64,000 nucleotides of DNA from assembly GCA_040954595.2 (NCBI GenBank), contig CM082591.2, positions 8,534,380 through 8,598,379 of the forward strand. The letters run 5' to 3'. Of the stretch, positions 1-12,300 are shown piece by piece. The first letter of the stretch is position 1. Each line of letters starts with the position of its first letter. This stretch comes from Balanoglossus misakiensis. Taxonomy: Eukaryota; Animalia; Hemichordata. Made by a program: the position numbers and the translations under genes. The notes beneath the pieces were generated by a model. The model saw only the letters and a program-made list of their open reading frames with translations. It did no database searches and was not told the origin of the DNA.

Positions 1-728
1 TCTAAAAATAGAATTTTTGGTAAAAAAAATTTTTCTCCATAACTACACGTACGATAGAGCTGAAATTTGGTAGGAATGTGTGTTATGGTGTCCCTACCTG
101 ATTTTGTTAATTTGGATTTGATGGGGTCATAAATATGCAAATTAGATCTAAAAATAGAATTTTTGGTAAAAAATATTTTTCTCCATAACTACATGTACGA
201 TAGAGCTGAAACTTGGTAGGAATGTGTGTTATGGTGTCCCTACCTGATTTTGTTAATTTGGATTTGATGGGGTCATAAATATGCAAATTAGATCTATTAA
301 TAGATTTTTTGGTAAAAAATCTTCTTTTTCCTAACTACATGTACGATGGAGCTGAAATTTGGTAGGAATGTGCGTTATGGTGTCCCTACCTGATTTTATT
401 AATTTGGATTTGATCGGGTCATGAATATGCAAATTAGATCTAAGAATAGAATTTTTGGTCGAAAATCTTTTTCTCCATAACTACATGTACGATAGAGCTG
501 AAATTTGGTAGGAATGTGTGTTATGGTGCCCCTACCTGATTTTGTTAATTTGGATTTGATGGGGTCATAAATATGCAAATAAGATCTAAAAATAGATTTT
601 TTGGTAAAAAATCTTCTTCCTAACAACATGTACGATGGAGCTGAAATTTGGTAGGAATGTATGTTATGGTGTCCCTACCTGATTTTGTTAATTTGGATTT
701 GATGGGGTCATCAATATGCAAATTAGAT
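1..728. repeat. Tandem array, about 146-bp unit, about 5 copies (runs off the 5' edge)
   Basis: Unit tctaaaaatagaatttttgg...aaatatgcaaattaga restarts at about 1, 147, 293, 439 and 585. Confidence 0.95.
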
Positions 729-1615
729 CTAAAAATAGAATTTTATGGGGTCAAAAAAATTTGCCCAAATTTTGGGTGACCTCACATGACCTTTGACCTA
801 CTTTCCTATATCTCGGCATACAGAGCAGGTACAGACTTGGCGTTTTGAGGGTTGGGGCTAAAATTTAAAAGCCGAAATGGGGGTCACCTGTGACACCTGC
901 ATATCTCATTAATAATGCACATACCTAATTCTAGGCTAACCAATAGGGCTATAGGTTTTGTTTTTGTTGAACATGGACAAGTATGGGGTCAAAATTTCTT
1001 GCCCAAATTTTTGGTGACCTTAGGTGACCTTTGACCTACTTTACCATATCTCTGTATCCAGAGCAGGTACAGCCTTGGTATTTGGAGGGATGGAACTCCT
1101 AATGGAGTCTTACACTTTACCTCATTAATTATGTGCATACCTAATTCTAGGCGAACCAATAAGGCTAGAGGTCTGGTTTTTGTTGGACCTGGATAAGTAT
1201 AGGGTCAAAATTTCTTGCCCAAATTTTGGTGACCTTTGACATTCTTCTGCATATCTCGGCACCCAGAGTAGGTACAGTACGGATGGGACCAAAATAAGAA
1301 ACCAAATTTAAAGGTCACCTGTGACACCTACTTAACTCATTAATTATGTGCATACCTAATTCCAGGCTAACTAATAGGGGTTGAGGTTTCGTTCTTGTGG
1401 GACATGGACCAGTATAGGGTCAAAATTATTACCCAAATTTCTGGTGACCTCACATGACCTTTGATGTAAATATGACGGAAATGCGAAATACTACATAAAT
1501 TAAAAATCTGCTGACTTTATATTTGGTAAGAATAAGCACACACCTGTAATGATTACCGCTATGTGCTATGTGCAATGTTGGCTTGTGCCCGCTATTGCTG
1601 CTTGGCAGCTATATT
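729..1615 (+). mobile_element. 3' part of a non-autonomous Helentron/HINE-like element that probably also carries the 1-728 array
   Basis: Diverged subrepeats (ggtgacctttgacct core), ending with hairpin gctgc-ttg-gcagc and tatatt at 1597-1615; related subrepeats at 19865-20585. Confidence 0.55.
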
Positions 1616-1729
1616 GATGTCTATGTTTGGTTTTGTTTAATAGAATACAATTGTTATAAATTAAAACCTATGGTATTCTGTATTCATATCATTGCCCAGG
1701 TTACACTGTTAAAGTCAGCAGAGCTCTTT

Positions 1730-1939
1730 TGACCAATAGGTCACTTGTCGTATGTTTGCGCGCGCTCTGAAATCACGCGATGTCAACTGAGTGTGAACGA
1801 GCTGTTTCGCGTCGTGTCGCCTGCCCAGTTTTCGTGGCTAAAACGACAGGAATAATACCCCAGTTTGCTTTAGAATTGCACATATCGTGAGATTTGAGCG
1901 CCGTAGAAACCGCAGATATCGTGGAACAGGAAGGTTAGT
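1730..1939 (+). promoter_or_regulatory. Candidate CpG-rich promoter / non-coding first exon
   Basis: CCAAT at 1733, CpG-rich island-like stretch, donor-like AAG|GTTAGT at 1933/1934; it may instead be TE-derived because an inverted copy exists at 40799-41152. Confidence 0.3.
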
Positions 1940-2098
1940 GTTAAAATCATTGTTTTAATCGAAGTATTGACCTTTGAGTTATGCTACGTTTGTGTCGGTG
2001 CTGAACAGACGCGATGTTACAAGGCAGCCAAATATAAACGGAGAAATGAAGAAATGTTATTACGATACTTTGGATTTCTTGTTATTATTTCTCGGGAA
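1749..2098 (+). repeat. About 350-bp CpG-rich segment with an inverted copy at 40799-41152
   Basis: Reverse complement of 40799-41152 aligns co-linearly (e.g. cgtatgtttgcgcgcgctctg...gtggaacaggaaggttagtgttaaaatcattg...gatactttggattt). Confidence 0.9.
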
Positions 2099-2576
2099 TA
2101 TTTGATAATAATTATTATAAATATTTTACCGTTGTTATTCATAAAATACCGGGATTTATGTCTGAGTATATCGTACAGTGCAGGTATTGTCCGAGACGCG
2201 CAGCATTGAGGACAATACCGAAGCGTGTTTTGTGAATATCTTTATTATTATACACCTTTTCCTTGATGAACGGTAAAGAATAATTTGGCCCCTATCGGAT
2301 TTTCTAGTTTTCAGACACCGCCATGAAGTTATTTGCATATCGAACGGGACTTGACCTCGCCTCGCGCTTCAGGTGATGCTAGAGTCGAGCTGCTGATGTC
2401 TAGCGCGGGACGTTCTCGATGCTAGTGACCCCTATATTTTATTACGGATTTCATTATACATACAAAGGAGAATAAAAAAATCCACAATTAAAAAAAATGA
2501 CAATACTTTCAATTTTACTGAACGTACATCCTTAAGGGACTCCGCGTCCTCATTTGAATATAGAAATAATGGACGG

Positions 2577-2612
2577 CGCCCTGACCATAAACGTTTGTTT
2601 ATGGTCAGGGCG
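2577..2612. repeat. Perfect 16-bp hairpin
   Basis: cgccctgaccataaac-gttt-gtttatggtcagggcg. Confidence 0.85.
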
Positions 2613-2627
2613 GAGTCGGTTATTTCC

Positions 2628-2831
2628 ATTATATTACCAACAAACTCAAGAAAACTGTCAAAATTTATGAAAATGTCCCACTAGGGGCCCGGAACTATTC
2701 ACTGAACTGTTTGTTTTTATTAATATTCAGATTTACGCGCATGTAAACAAACCATTATTGAGTATTTGTGGTCAGTGACGTCGTTCATCTCGACCAATGA
2801 AAATGCGACTCACAGGCCATGGTAATATAAT
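2628..2831. mobile_element. Small MITE-like element
   Basis: 12-bp terminal inverted repeats attatattacca / tggtaatataat. Confidence 0.4.
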
Positions 2832-3275
2832 AATTATTGTATGCTGATACCGTGAAATATTGTATTACGGAACTCTATAGGTTACAGCAGTTGGTGTATA
2901 ATAATAATAATTATGATAATAATAATATGTTTGTCTTCATTTTACTACACCGATGAGCTTGAGCTTTCTGTGGTTTTAAGTGAGCATTTTGCTGTCATTT
3001 TTAATTATTTCCTGGACCTAGCTATGTTTGATAACGTTTTTTTGAACGATAATTGATGTTGTACCTGTGTTGATATAATATTACAGGTGCATTGCCACAA
3101 CAAAGAAAGTTTGACTATTTGTGCAAAGCCTACAAAAAAATTACTTTACAGATATATTTTAAATGAAAGCACTTTAGTAATAGCTAATCAACACTGACAG
3201 AGGAAATCAGTTTAATGATGGAACAGTGTGTAATTTTCCAATATTGTTTTCCTTTCTATTGTTATTTTTGCTCAG

Positions 3276-3386
3276 ACAACATTACTCCACTGGGCCATTG
3301 CAAAGGAACACAGTAAAACCATCGTGGATATGCTACAACAAGCGAAAGTAAAGAAGGATATAAATGAATGTATAAACCTTTCAAAG
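3276..3386 (+). CDS. ANK exon A1
   Basis: ctcag|...AAG|gcaagt (GC donor); TTLLHWAIAKEHSKTIVDMLQQAKVKKDINECINLSK. Confidence 0.82.
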
Positions 3387-6300
3387 GCAAGTTTCAGAGC
3401 TAAATGTTCAGTTAGTCATCTTATTCTTTTTTGTTTGTTAAGCTAACCTTTTTTATCTCATTTGTGTACACACACGTGAGCTAATGTCGTCACCTTTTCT
3501 GTCTGTCTGTCTGTCTGTGTGCACAATATCTCGGAAGAATGGATTAAAATTTGGTACGTTGGTTCAATTTCCTAATGGCATGAACGGGTTAGATTTTGAT
3601 GGGCGGGGCTTGCATGTTGAGGACGTTATCAGGGTTTTAATTTTTTCTGGTAAATGGTTCTCTATGGGAGGCAACATAATAGCATTGTCATATAAAGAGA
3701 ATTACCACACCAAATTTTATGAAACCATCTACAGATAGCAATCACAGGAGGTTATGATGGTACTATGTGTCATGTCAATTATCTGTTCATTTACATAATT
3801 AATGACATTTGCTAATTAGTGCTATATTTCTGCAATTACTGCACCGAATTTGATGAAATTTGGTACTGATATTGATCTGACCAACATGTGGCGTGTTATT
3901 TAAGCAATAACCCTCGCCGCAGGCGGGTATTCGCGAGATTTGGGTACAATTCAGGACATATAGCACGAGCCGTCAGGCCAGTGCTATAAGGAGCGAATTT
4001 GTGCTGTTAGCCCTTTTAATCCTAAGTACCTGCACCAAATTTATATCAAATAGACAAACTGTTTCTACATCAATTATGTTGTATTTAAAGTATTTAAAAA
4101 CACTCTGCCAGTTTCAGCAGGCTTTTCACCAGGCTATCATTGAAACTCACATAGGAATTCGTTATTGTGATATGATGTACCATACCAAACACAACATCAT
4201 GGCTAATAGACCGTTCAGTTTTTACGGCCGGGGGGGGGGGGGCGGCAAGTTTGTGTCATCGGTTTTCCAAATCAGGCCGACCCCCCCCCCTTCATCCAGG
4301 AGCAAAAAATGATGACCCCCCTTTGACGGACCCAAAAATATGATGACCCCCCCCCCCCACGCCGAAAACATTCGCTGTCCTGATCTTATGTACACTGTAT
4401 GCATTAAAGGGAATGAGGCTACTCACACCTCAATTATAAATTTCTTAAAGTAATTGAAGTATATAATTGTATATCGTTGCAATAAAGAAATCTATGAACA
4501 AGTTAAAATGACAAGTCAATACAATAGTTGCTAGAATTGGTAAAACATGAAAAGTGGCGGGGTAGGGATGTTAAAAATTTAATTTTGCCACTCCACTCAA
4601 ATTAGGAACGGGGTGGGGTGGCAAGAAGTCTGCCCTGGTACACTAGACAAACCAGCGAATAAATGTAATGTGGCGAAGAATGGAGGGGTGGGTGTGGGAG
4701 GGGGACACAAAATTGTGTAAAATATGTAGCGCAAAGTTGCATTTTAATGAACTCAAAAGCAAATTATCTCAATGTTTGGGAGGACCAATTTTACTTTTTG
4801 CCACTCCACTCAAAGTTAGAAGATTTGGCGTCATCTTCGTCATGACATCATTTATAAAACTTCTAGTATATAGAAGATGCAGCGCGAAACTATCAGTTAT
4901 GCAGATGGTTTAAATGATCCTTCTCCTTTATATATTTACTTTGTTAAATATTATCATTTGGTGGGGTTGGGGGTGGCAAGTACTCTGCCCTGGTACATTA
5001 GACAAACCAGCAAAAATGAAATTGGGCGGAGAATGAAGGGGGTGGGTGTGGGAGGGGGTGTCCCCCCTCCCAGATTAGAAAATGTTGTAAAATAAAGGGC
5101 GCGAAACTGCAATTTTGTGGACTCAAAAGCAAAAGTTCGGTGGCAAAAGTATGTGACCCCCCCTAAACGTTTTAAAAAACCCAGATGACCCCCCCCTTTT
5201 GGACTTCGAAATTTAAGTGACCCCCTGGATTTTGCCACCCCCCCCCCCCCAGGCCGTAAAAACTGAATGGTCCCTAATTAGGCTCTATTATCATTGTAAT
5301 TTTATACTTCAATTTGAACAGGAACCTAAAAATATGACTGTGCTGCATTTCGTTTCCCGTTCTGGAGATATCGATGGGGTGAAGCTATGCATAAGATGTA
5401 ATGCTAAAGTGAACCCAGTTAATGGGGTGAGATTCTTAATTTTTTATCGTATGATTAAAACATATATGCGCTATTATATATGCGCTAATATAATGTTATG
5501 TTTTGCTACGTCAATGCTCATGCCAAAACGATACATATTTATTGTACTGTTATTTTTGAGCATTTACCCTGTTATACATTCTATAGGAAAACAAAACACC
5601 CCTACACTACGCATTGCAATCAAGCAATATTGAATGCGTTAAGGAACTTCTACAGAAAGGTGGCACTTTAGAAAGAGTTAGTAAGGTAAGTATATATTGT
5701 CAAACAGGACGATACATCTCAAGCATATACATGTTTGTACATTCATCAGCACATTAGTCTTGAATTACGTACATGAGCTACCACCACCGGTATCTTTTAG
5801 ATTCAGTCGATAATTATTGTTTGCTCATTTGTGGCAAGTCATTCGATAGTCAAATTGATAAATTTAGCTTTATTGTGTCACTCTGTACATGTCATTTGAA
5901 AAAATATTTCATTGTTGTGTTTTGACGAATTTGGTTTATGTGACTCAGGTACGGGATTGTGATGGATTTGCTTTACATACATGTACTAGTAGTAATCATT
6001 CCATCCCTAATTCCAAGTCTGTTTCTGGTGCGTAATAATGCCCCGAGTTCAAAACTTTTTTTTTCACTTTATCATTTGATCAAGTGAAGACTGCGAAAAT
6101 GCAAGAGAAAGCTTACACCTTGGGCCAACGCCCATGAGCAGCTCTGAGCGCGAGTGCAGTCTATTGTTTCTTTTGTTTTCTATTGTTCTTGTTGATGACG
6201 TCAAAAGTAGAACGAATATGCATTGTGGGGCAGCCAATGTGAATAACTGCAATGGCTAACTACAGTGACCAAAGCTCCGAAAGCTCCGAAAGCCTTTTCT

Positions 6301-9300
6301 CAGAAGACAACAGAAATGGCTTGTTTCAGGTGATGCATGCCGAGAAATATTTATAATGAAGAAATAAAACCATACCAATTCGAACTTTATTGTACTAGCA
6401 GCTCAGGGGACGATAAAAGTGAGGTGCAGGCATCTATACCATTCACAGTCCGATTCGCGTTAGACGATGGCCTGCGAAAAATAGTTGAAGCAACACCTTC
6501 TTTTAGATTTTTTTTGCTGAAAACCAAATTCGTCCATTCAATGCAACCGCTCTTCATATATGAGTATGGGACGAAGTAAGCACTGCATACGACATGCTAC
6601 ACACACTTTAGTGGAGGCCGTGTAACGCTGGGAACACAGACCTGTATACATGCACACGTACTATTCCATTTGCCAAATGGCCAGCCAAGGAAGTTGCGAG
6701 TAATAACTAATAGCATTTGCGCCTAAAATTTTATGCGATTCAAGTAAATAATTAAGACACTCGCGGTTAGCAAGAAAAATTCTTAAAATAAGACGCCACA
6801 CCCAGCTCTAAAAACAGAATGGACTCTCAACTACAAATCCTGCAAGTTAATTTACCGTTTTGCAGCAAATTTAATACAACTGTACAATAAATTTTGGCTA
6901 CCGGTTTAACCTCTTCTTTGTCGGAATTAATTACCCGCTCATAGATTCATAGATTGTACGGGATTGCCTGATTAGTTTTGTAAAAATTACCCCATAGAAT
7001 GTGTAATTTTTTTATTGCCTAATTTTCCTTAGAAAATGCAAGACCTGACGACACATATGTCATTAATCTTGTCACTGCAGCTGTATGTGTTTTAACTGCC
7101 AGTTCCTAGTCTCAAGTCAGCTCAAAAATGGCGACTTTGAGTTTGTTTGTCAGGGGAACACTTTAAGTTTAACATGTAAATTAGGCTGATTTTTTTAGCT
7201 TAAGCCTGAATTAAGTTTATATTTGAAAAACAGCAGGGAGTTTTTTTTTAAGCAGAAGTGGAGCCATACTTTCTGTTTATACAAAGTCCTAGGCTCTCCC
7301 GATCGCCGCTCTCTACTCCTGTTTTATTCCCACTCTCTCCTATTGTCACGTTGCACGTGTATGCCAATCTTGTTATGATGTTATGAATACTTAATTGGTG
7401 AGGGCTCTGGCGCCAGGTTCGTTTTTTACCGGTATGGAACATTTTTATGATGGTGTAAATTGGTGATTTTTGATTGAATTTCTGGTACTCCATAGCCCCC
7501 ATCCAATGTCAGATTGATGTCATGACAAAAGGATGATTTAAGCTTTTGACACATTGTATGAATAAACTCATTATGTGCATAAAGTACGCATATTACCTTA
7601 AAATGTTTCTGTAGAACCTAACAGTAAATCCAACTCTCTCGAGCGTTCCCTTCCCAGGCTAAAATTGAACAGTATACATGTATAACTGACAGGCTGGAAT
7701 GGAAAACAACTAAACCGTCACGGTGCTGACAGTGGGCACTTCAGGTTTAAGTGTTTAGTTTTTAGGTCCCATTGGTATGTACCATGGGACCTTATGGGAT
7801 CGGTTGCGTCTGTATGTATGGATGGACGTATGTATGTATGTATGTATGGATGGATGTATGTCCGTCCACATCAAAAACTTGAAAACCGCTGCGCGTATGA
7901 CCTCGATATTTGGTGTGTAGATGAAGGCAGGGCTGTAGATGGGAGATTGTTCAAATGAAGTTGTCATTACCAAAAATATGCAATTTAGCTGGGAAAATGT
8001 GAAATTGGCAAAACTCAAAAACTTGACAACCACTGGTCATAATGATTTGAAAATTGGTATGCATGTACCTTATGTCAATCTCATACAGTCCTGTATGTTT
8101 TGAGCTAATATTATCAATTTCCTATTTTTTATGCATTTTTTTTGTATTTTTCCATGTTATTGGTAAAAAGTCTTTATTTCTGAAAGTGATGGGCTTACTT
8201 TTTTGAAATTTAGTATGAAGCTTCCTAATGGTTGTCTGAGTAACCATAGTTTTGTTCAATAAAATTTTGAGCAATATTTGCCATTTTTGGCCAAATTTAA
8301 TTTTCCGCATGCCAATTGCCAGATTGCTTTGCAATTTGGTAGGCATGTTCCTAGGGGTAACCTAAGTAATATGTTGTAAATAATGTGATATTTGCATAAA
8401 TGTGTCATCGGGGAAACTTGGAAATTTGTGTCAAAAATTCTTTTCTCTGAAACCGCTTGTCATATTGCATTGAACTTTGGCAGCATGTTCCTTGTAGTGA
8501 TTGAAGTAAGATATTGTACAATTTTGGTGATATTTGCATATTTGTGTTTTCGCCACTTTTGAACAAATATTTTCTGTGAAACTGCTTGTTGGATTGCTTT
8601 GAAATTTTTTTTCTTTCTGATTGCTTTGAAATTTAGGATATAATTTCATAACACATACATGTATATGTACAACTTTTATTCAATTCTGATATCAGAAATA
8701 TTCAATATTTAGCGAGTTTTGTTGTAAGTTTCTTTGTTTTTGGTTAGCAAATCTTCTCCTAAACCAATTGTCCAGTTGTTTTTAAAGTTACTATTTACAA
8801 GGAGTTGTTACCCCGAACTAAGACATGTTTACATAACTTTAATAGGCGAGCTGTTACAGAGACCACCAGCTATTAAATTTTTAATTACCAGTGGCAGGTC
8901 AGTGTGTGTGTCTGTCTGTATGTGTGTCTGTTCCAGGGCTGACTGAAAGAAATTGCTTCTCATATGTGTTTGTACAGATACTTTTTGGTCAATTTTTTTT
9001 CTAGCACCACTTGTAAGACTGCCAAGACACTTGACAGTTTATTGGGCATGTTCCTTGTTAATTTTTTTACATTCCATATTTCTATATGGTAAGATCATAT
9101 CTGCTTGCAATGTCACCTGTAGTTTTTATTCAAATGGGACCACAGTGTCCTTGACGCTATTTTTTTTCTCTTTCTATATCTTATCAAGAAAGCATAAATA
9201 ATATGTTTCGAAGTTTTAACATGTTTTATGAAATTAATACATATAATTACATGTATAGTTATTATAATGATACTTATGTCTTTGATATTTTTCTTTTCAG

Positions 9301-12300
9301 AAAGGTAAGGTGAAAATGCCGAATTGTGGACCTTTGTACGTTGCAGCATCAGAATACAAAGACAATGGTTTTGTCCATATTCTCATTCAAGCTAGCAAAG
9401 CTCTAAAGCGATATGAAAAGGTAATTTAGTTAACCCCCGCTGCAGGCGGTATACATACAATACTTTACATTTTGGTACAATTCGAGACATATGGAGCAAA
9501 TTGCACCAAAATCGAGAGTATACCCAACTGGGGTGGGGGGGGGGGGGTTATTGCTATTGGTATATTACATCAACAATTGATTTTGTGGCATTTCAGTGAC
9601 ATTTTCTTAATGAAACAGCGTCAGCAAAAAAAGTTATTGAACGTAAACCAAACATGCGACGATGAATGTAGACATGAGCGGCCGGGATCAAGCATTAAAC
9701 ATGAAGCAGACGCCAAAAAGTGACAAAAGTGCAAAATATTCAGAGTTTTTTTATTTATTTGGTTTACCCACGCGACTGTGGGTAAGCCCCACATTTTCCC
9801 TGTTGCATTCTAGTTCAAGGGGCCATTTTACCACTGCTGCTTGTGGTAAAACAGTCTAGTTGTGGCCAGCAGCAGCAGCAAACAATCAAAAGTGAAAATA
9901 AAATAATTTGATGAACCCAATTTTTGAGCCTTCCAACCAGCATTATTAACCAGAGTGTGGATGTGTCGATGAGATACAGATAAACTGAGTGCCGGATAAG
10001 GTCCTTGAATGGCAGCCATTACACAAATTTTACTGATCAACACATCCTAAAAATGTTTCAAGTTATTAAAAGTATCACATATTCAGTGATTGGTTAGCAG
10101 AATGTGGAACTGGAGAACTCAACTGCTCTGTATTATCCACATGTATTTTTGTAATCTCATATATTTTACCCATTTTCATGGCCAATATTATGCAAGTGAT
10201 CTAACAGTTTGCAACATACAAAATCTTACAAAGTTCAATGAAAGGAATTTATTATGTGCCATACCTGTGTATCCCCCCATTGCTTACCATAAAAAATATC
10301 CAACTCTTTAACAGTGCAGTTTCAAAAATCTTAAATATGTATTCTTTACAGGATGTAATCAGTTGCTTCATCACAGCTATTGGGCAGAATGACACCAACG
10401 TGATGACTGTGCTATGTCAGGGAGGAGCAGATATTAAAACATGTGATGAGGTAAATGTGTTTAAAATAGAAGTGCAGATAAAAGGATGTGCTATTGTTAT
10501 TTGTCTGCTATTGTTGTAATTGCAGCAGTAGTGACACGCAAATGTCTTCATAAGTTCACAATGGGCCATGCTATTGGACTATTTCTATGATAATTGTCAC
10601 AATTTCCTGGTGATGAGTGACTGATATGTGTACATGGCTGTATACATCAAACTCCTATTTAAACATCTGTATATGTTGAAACATATTCTGTTTGAATATG
10701 GCATTGTGGGCATGATAGGTAATTGCGTGCATTACACTTGTGAGTAGAAATGGTCTACTTTGAATGACCTTTTGTTAATTATTTGTTGAAATGCTGCACC
10801 GAAACTGTGGAACTCTCTGCCACAAGACATTCGTCAAGCTCCAAGTTTGAGTATCTTTAAGAAAAGACTGAAGACGCATTATTTCGCAAGAGCATATGGT
10901 GTGGGCCAATGAGCACAAGCGCCTTTGAGTATGACACTTGTTATAGATACTGGCGCTATACAAATTTCTCTGATTGATTGATTGATTGAATTGATTTTCC
11001 CAATCAAAAATATGTCTGGTAATAAAGACAAGAGAAATACCAACATATGCCCGACAAATTCAGAGTATTTTGTAAAGCTAGATACTCTGGTGGCACCCAG
11101 CAGTCTCCAGGCCTGTAGGAAAAAAAGGAAACCTGATTGATATTATGCAAAATCAATTATTATTTTACTTGTGATGGTATATACACGTCAGTATACCTGA
11201 TCAAATGCCTGTCTCTGTGACATGCATACTTAAAAAACTTAATTTATGGTAGTAAGTAATTCAGCTACTTCGTTTAGTGCAATAAAGTATGTGTCATGAT
11301 ATAGATATTTTAAAATTAATGTGTGATATTATATCAAACACGAAACATACGTGACAGGCATTGATGATAGTTTATGTTACAATGTTTTCTTTCCCATAGA
11401 ACAAAAATACCTTATTGCACATCGCAGTCTCCAATCAGAAACCGGACATCATTAAATGGCTGCTGGAAAATGACATTGACAAAGATATTCTGAATAAGGC
11501 AAGTAGTTGCATAATGAATTACAAAAATGCAGTCCAGAGGGAAAGTTTCTCTTTTTCCGAATGCCTGGATGCAACGATCTATAAAGTCTTGCCGCCTTTG
11601 GGTTACCCCCTGTTTGACACTGTTAATTGGCCCAAATGTTATCAGCCCACTGTCAAGCACTTGACACTAGCCCTACCCGGATCATGAATGACAGTTTATG
11701 TACTTTTTTTTTCATGATATACATTGTAGAAGTGATGTGATTTTATTTTAGTCAGGAAATTTAATGTACATCTCACATATTTGCATTTCCCTCTAAGTTC
11801 AAGCCCCTCCTCTGCTTAACAGCCACAATCTTTTAATTTTTCATATTGTCACCAACTATAACGTCAGATTTGTATCGTTCCCTACTCAACTCTTATGCCT
11901 CTTAATAAAACTTTGATGTGCTGGTTAATCCCCGCTTCCGAACAAAGTCAAGAAGGGGACTTGTGGATTGGGCTCCAGCCATATGTGACGGCATTCGTTT
12001 GCCTGTCAAATTTATGTCATGATACTTTCCGAAAGGACTGCCACACAGCTATTACAGTGCATATTTTCATGTCGTGTGCAATTACTCTGGCATACCTTGA
12101 CCAATTAAAACTTGGTACAAAATAGGGCAATGTACTGCAACATACACATGCATGGCAATTTCTTTGCAAGTGAATCCAATATGGCCACCAGCTATTCTTG
12201 AATTGCAGAGCCTTTACTAGGACTTGCTTTAAATGATTCCATTCAAACTTGTTACCAGGACGATTTTTAAGCACCTCGCTCGGTGATTATTTCACCCAAA

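Noticed and set aside
1-728. Regular repeats resembling a CRISPR array
   Set aside because: The whole 146-bp unit repeats with no unique spacers, there are no cas genes, and the context is eukaryotic; it is a TE-associated tandem array.
3087-3176. Possible extra upstream exon (VHCHNKESLTICAKPTKKLLYRYILNESTL)
   Set aside because: It is open and phase 0, but has no ANK similarity, no ATG and a weak donor (TTA|gtaata); it cannot be supported without RNA data.
9301-9310. Donor-like AAAG|GTAAGG just after the D1 acceptor (microexon or recursive site)
   Set aside because: It would give a 4-nt frameshifting exon; the full 120-nt exon fits the D-type alignment.
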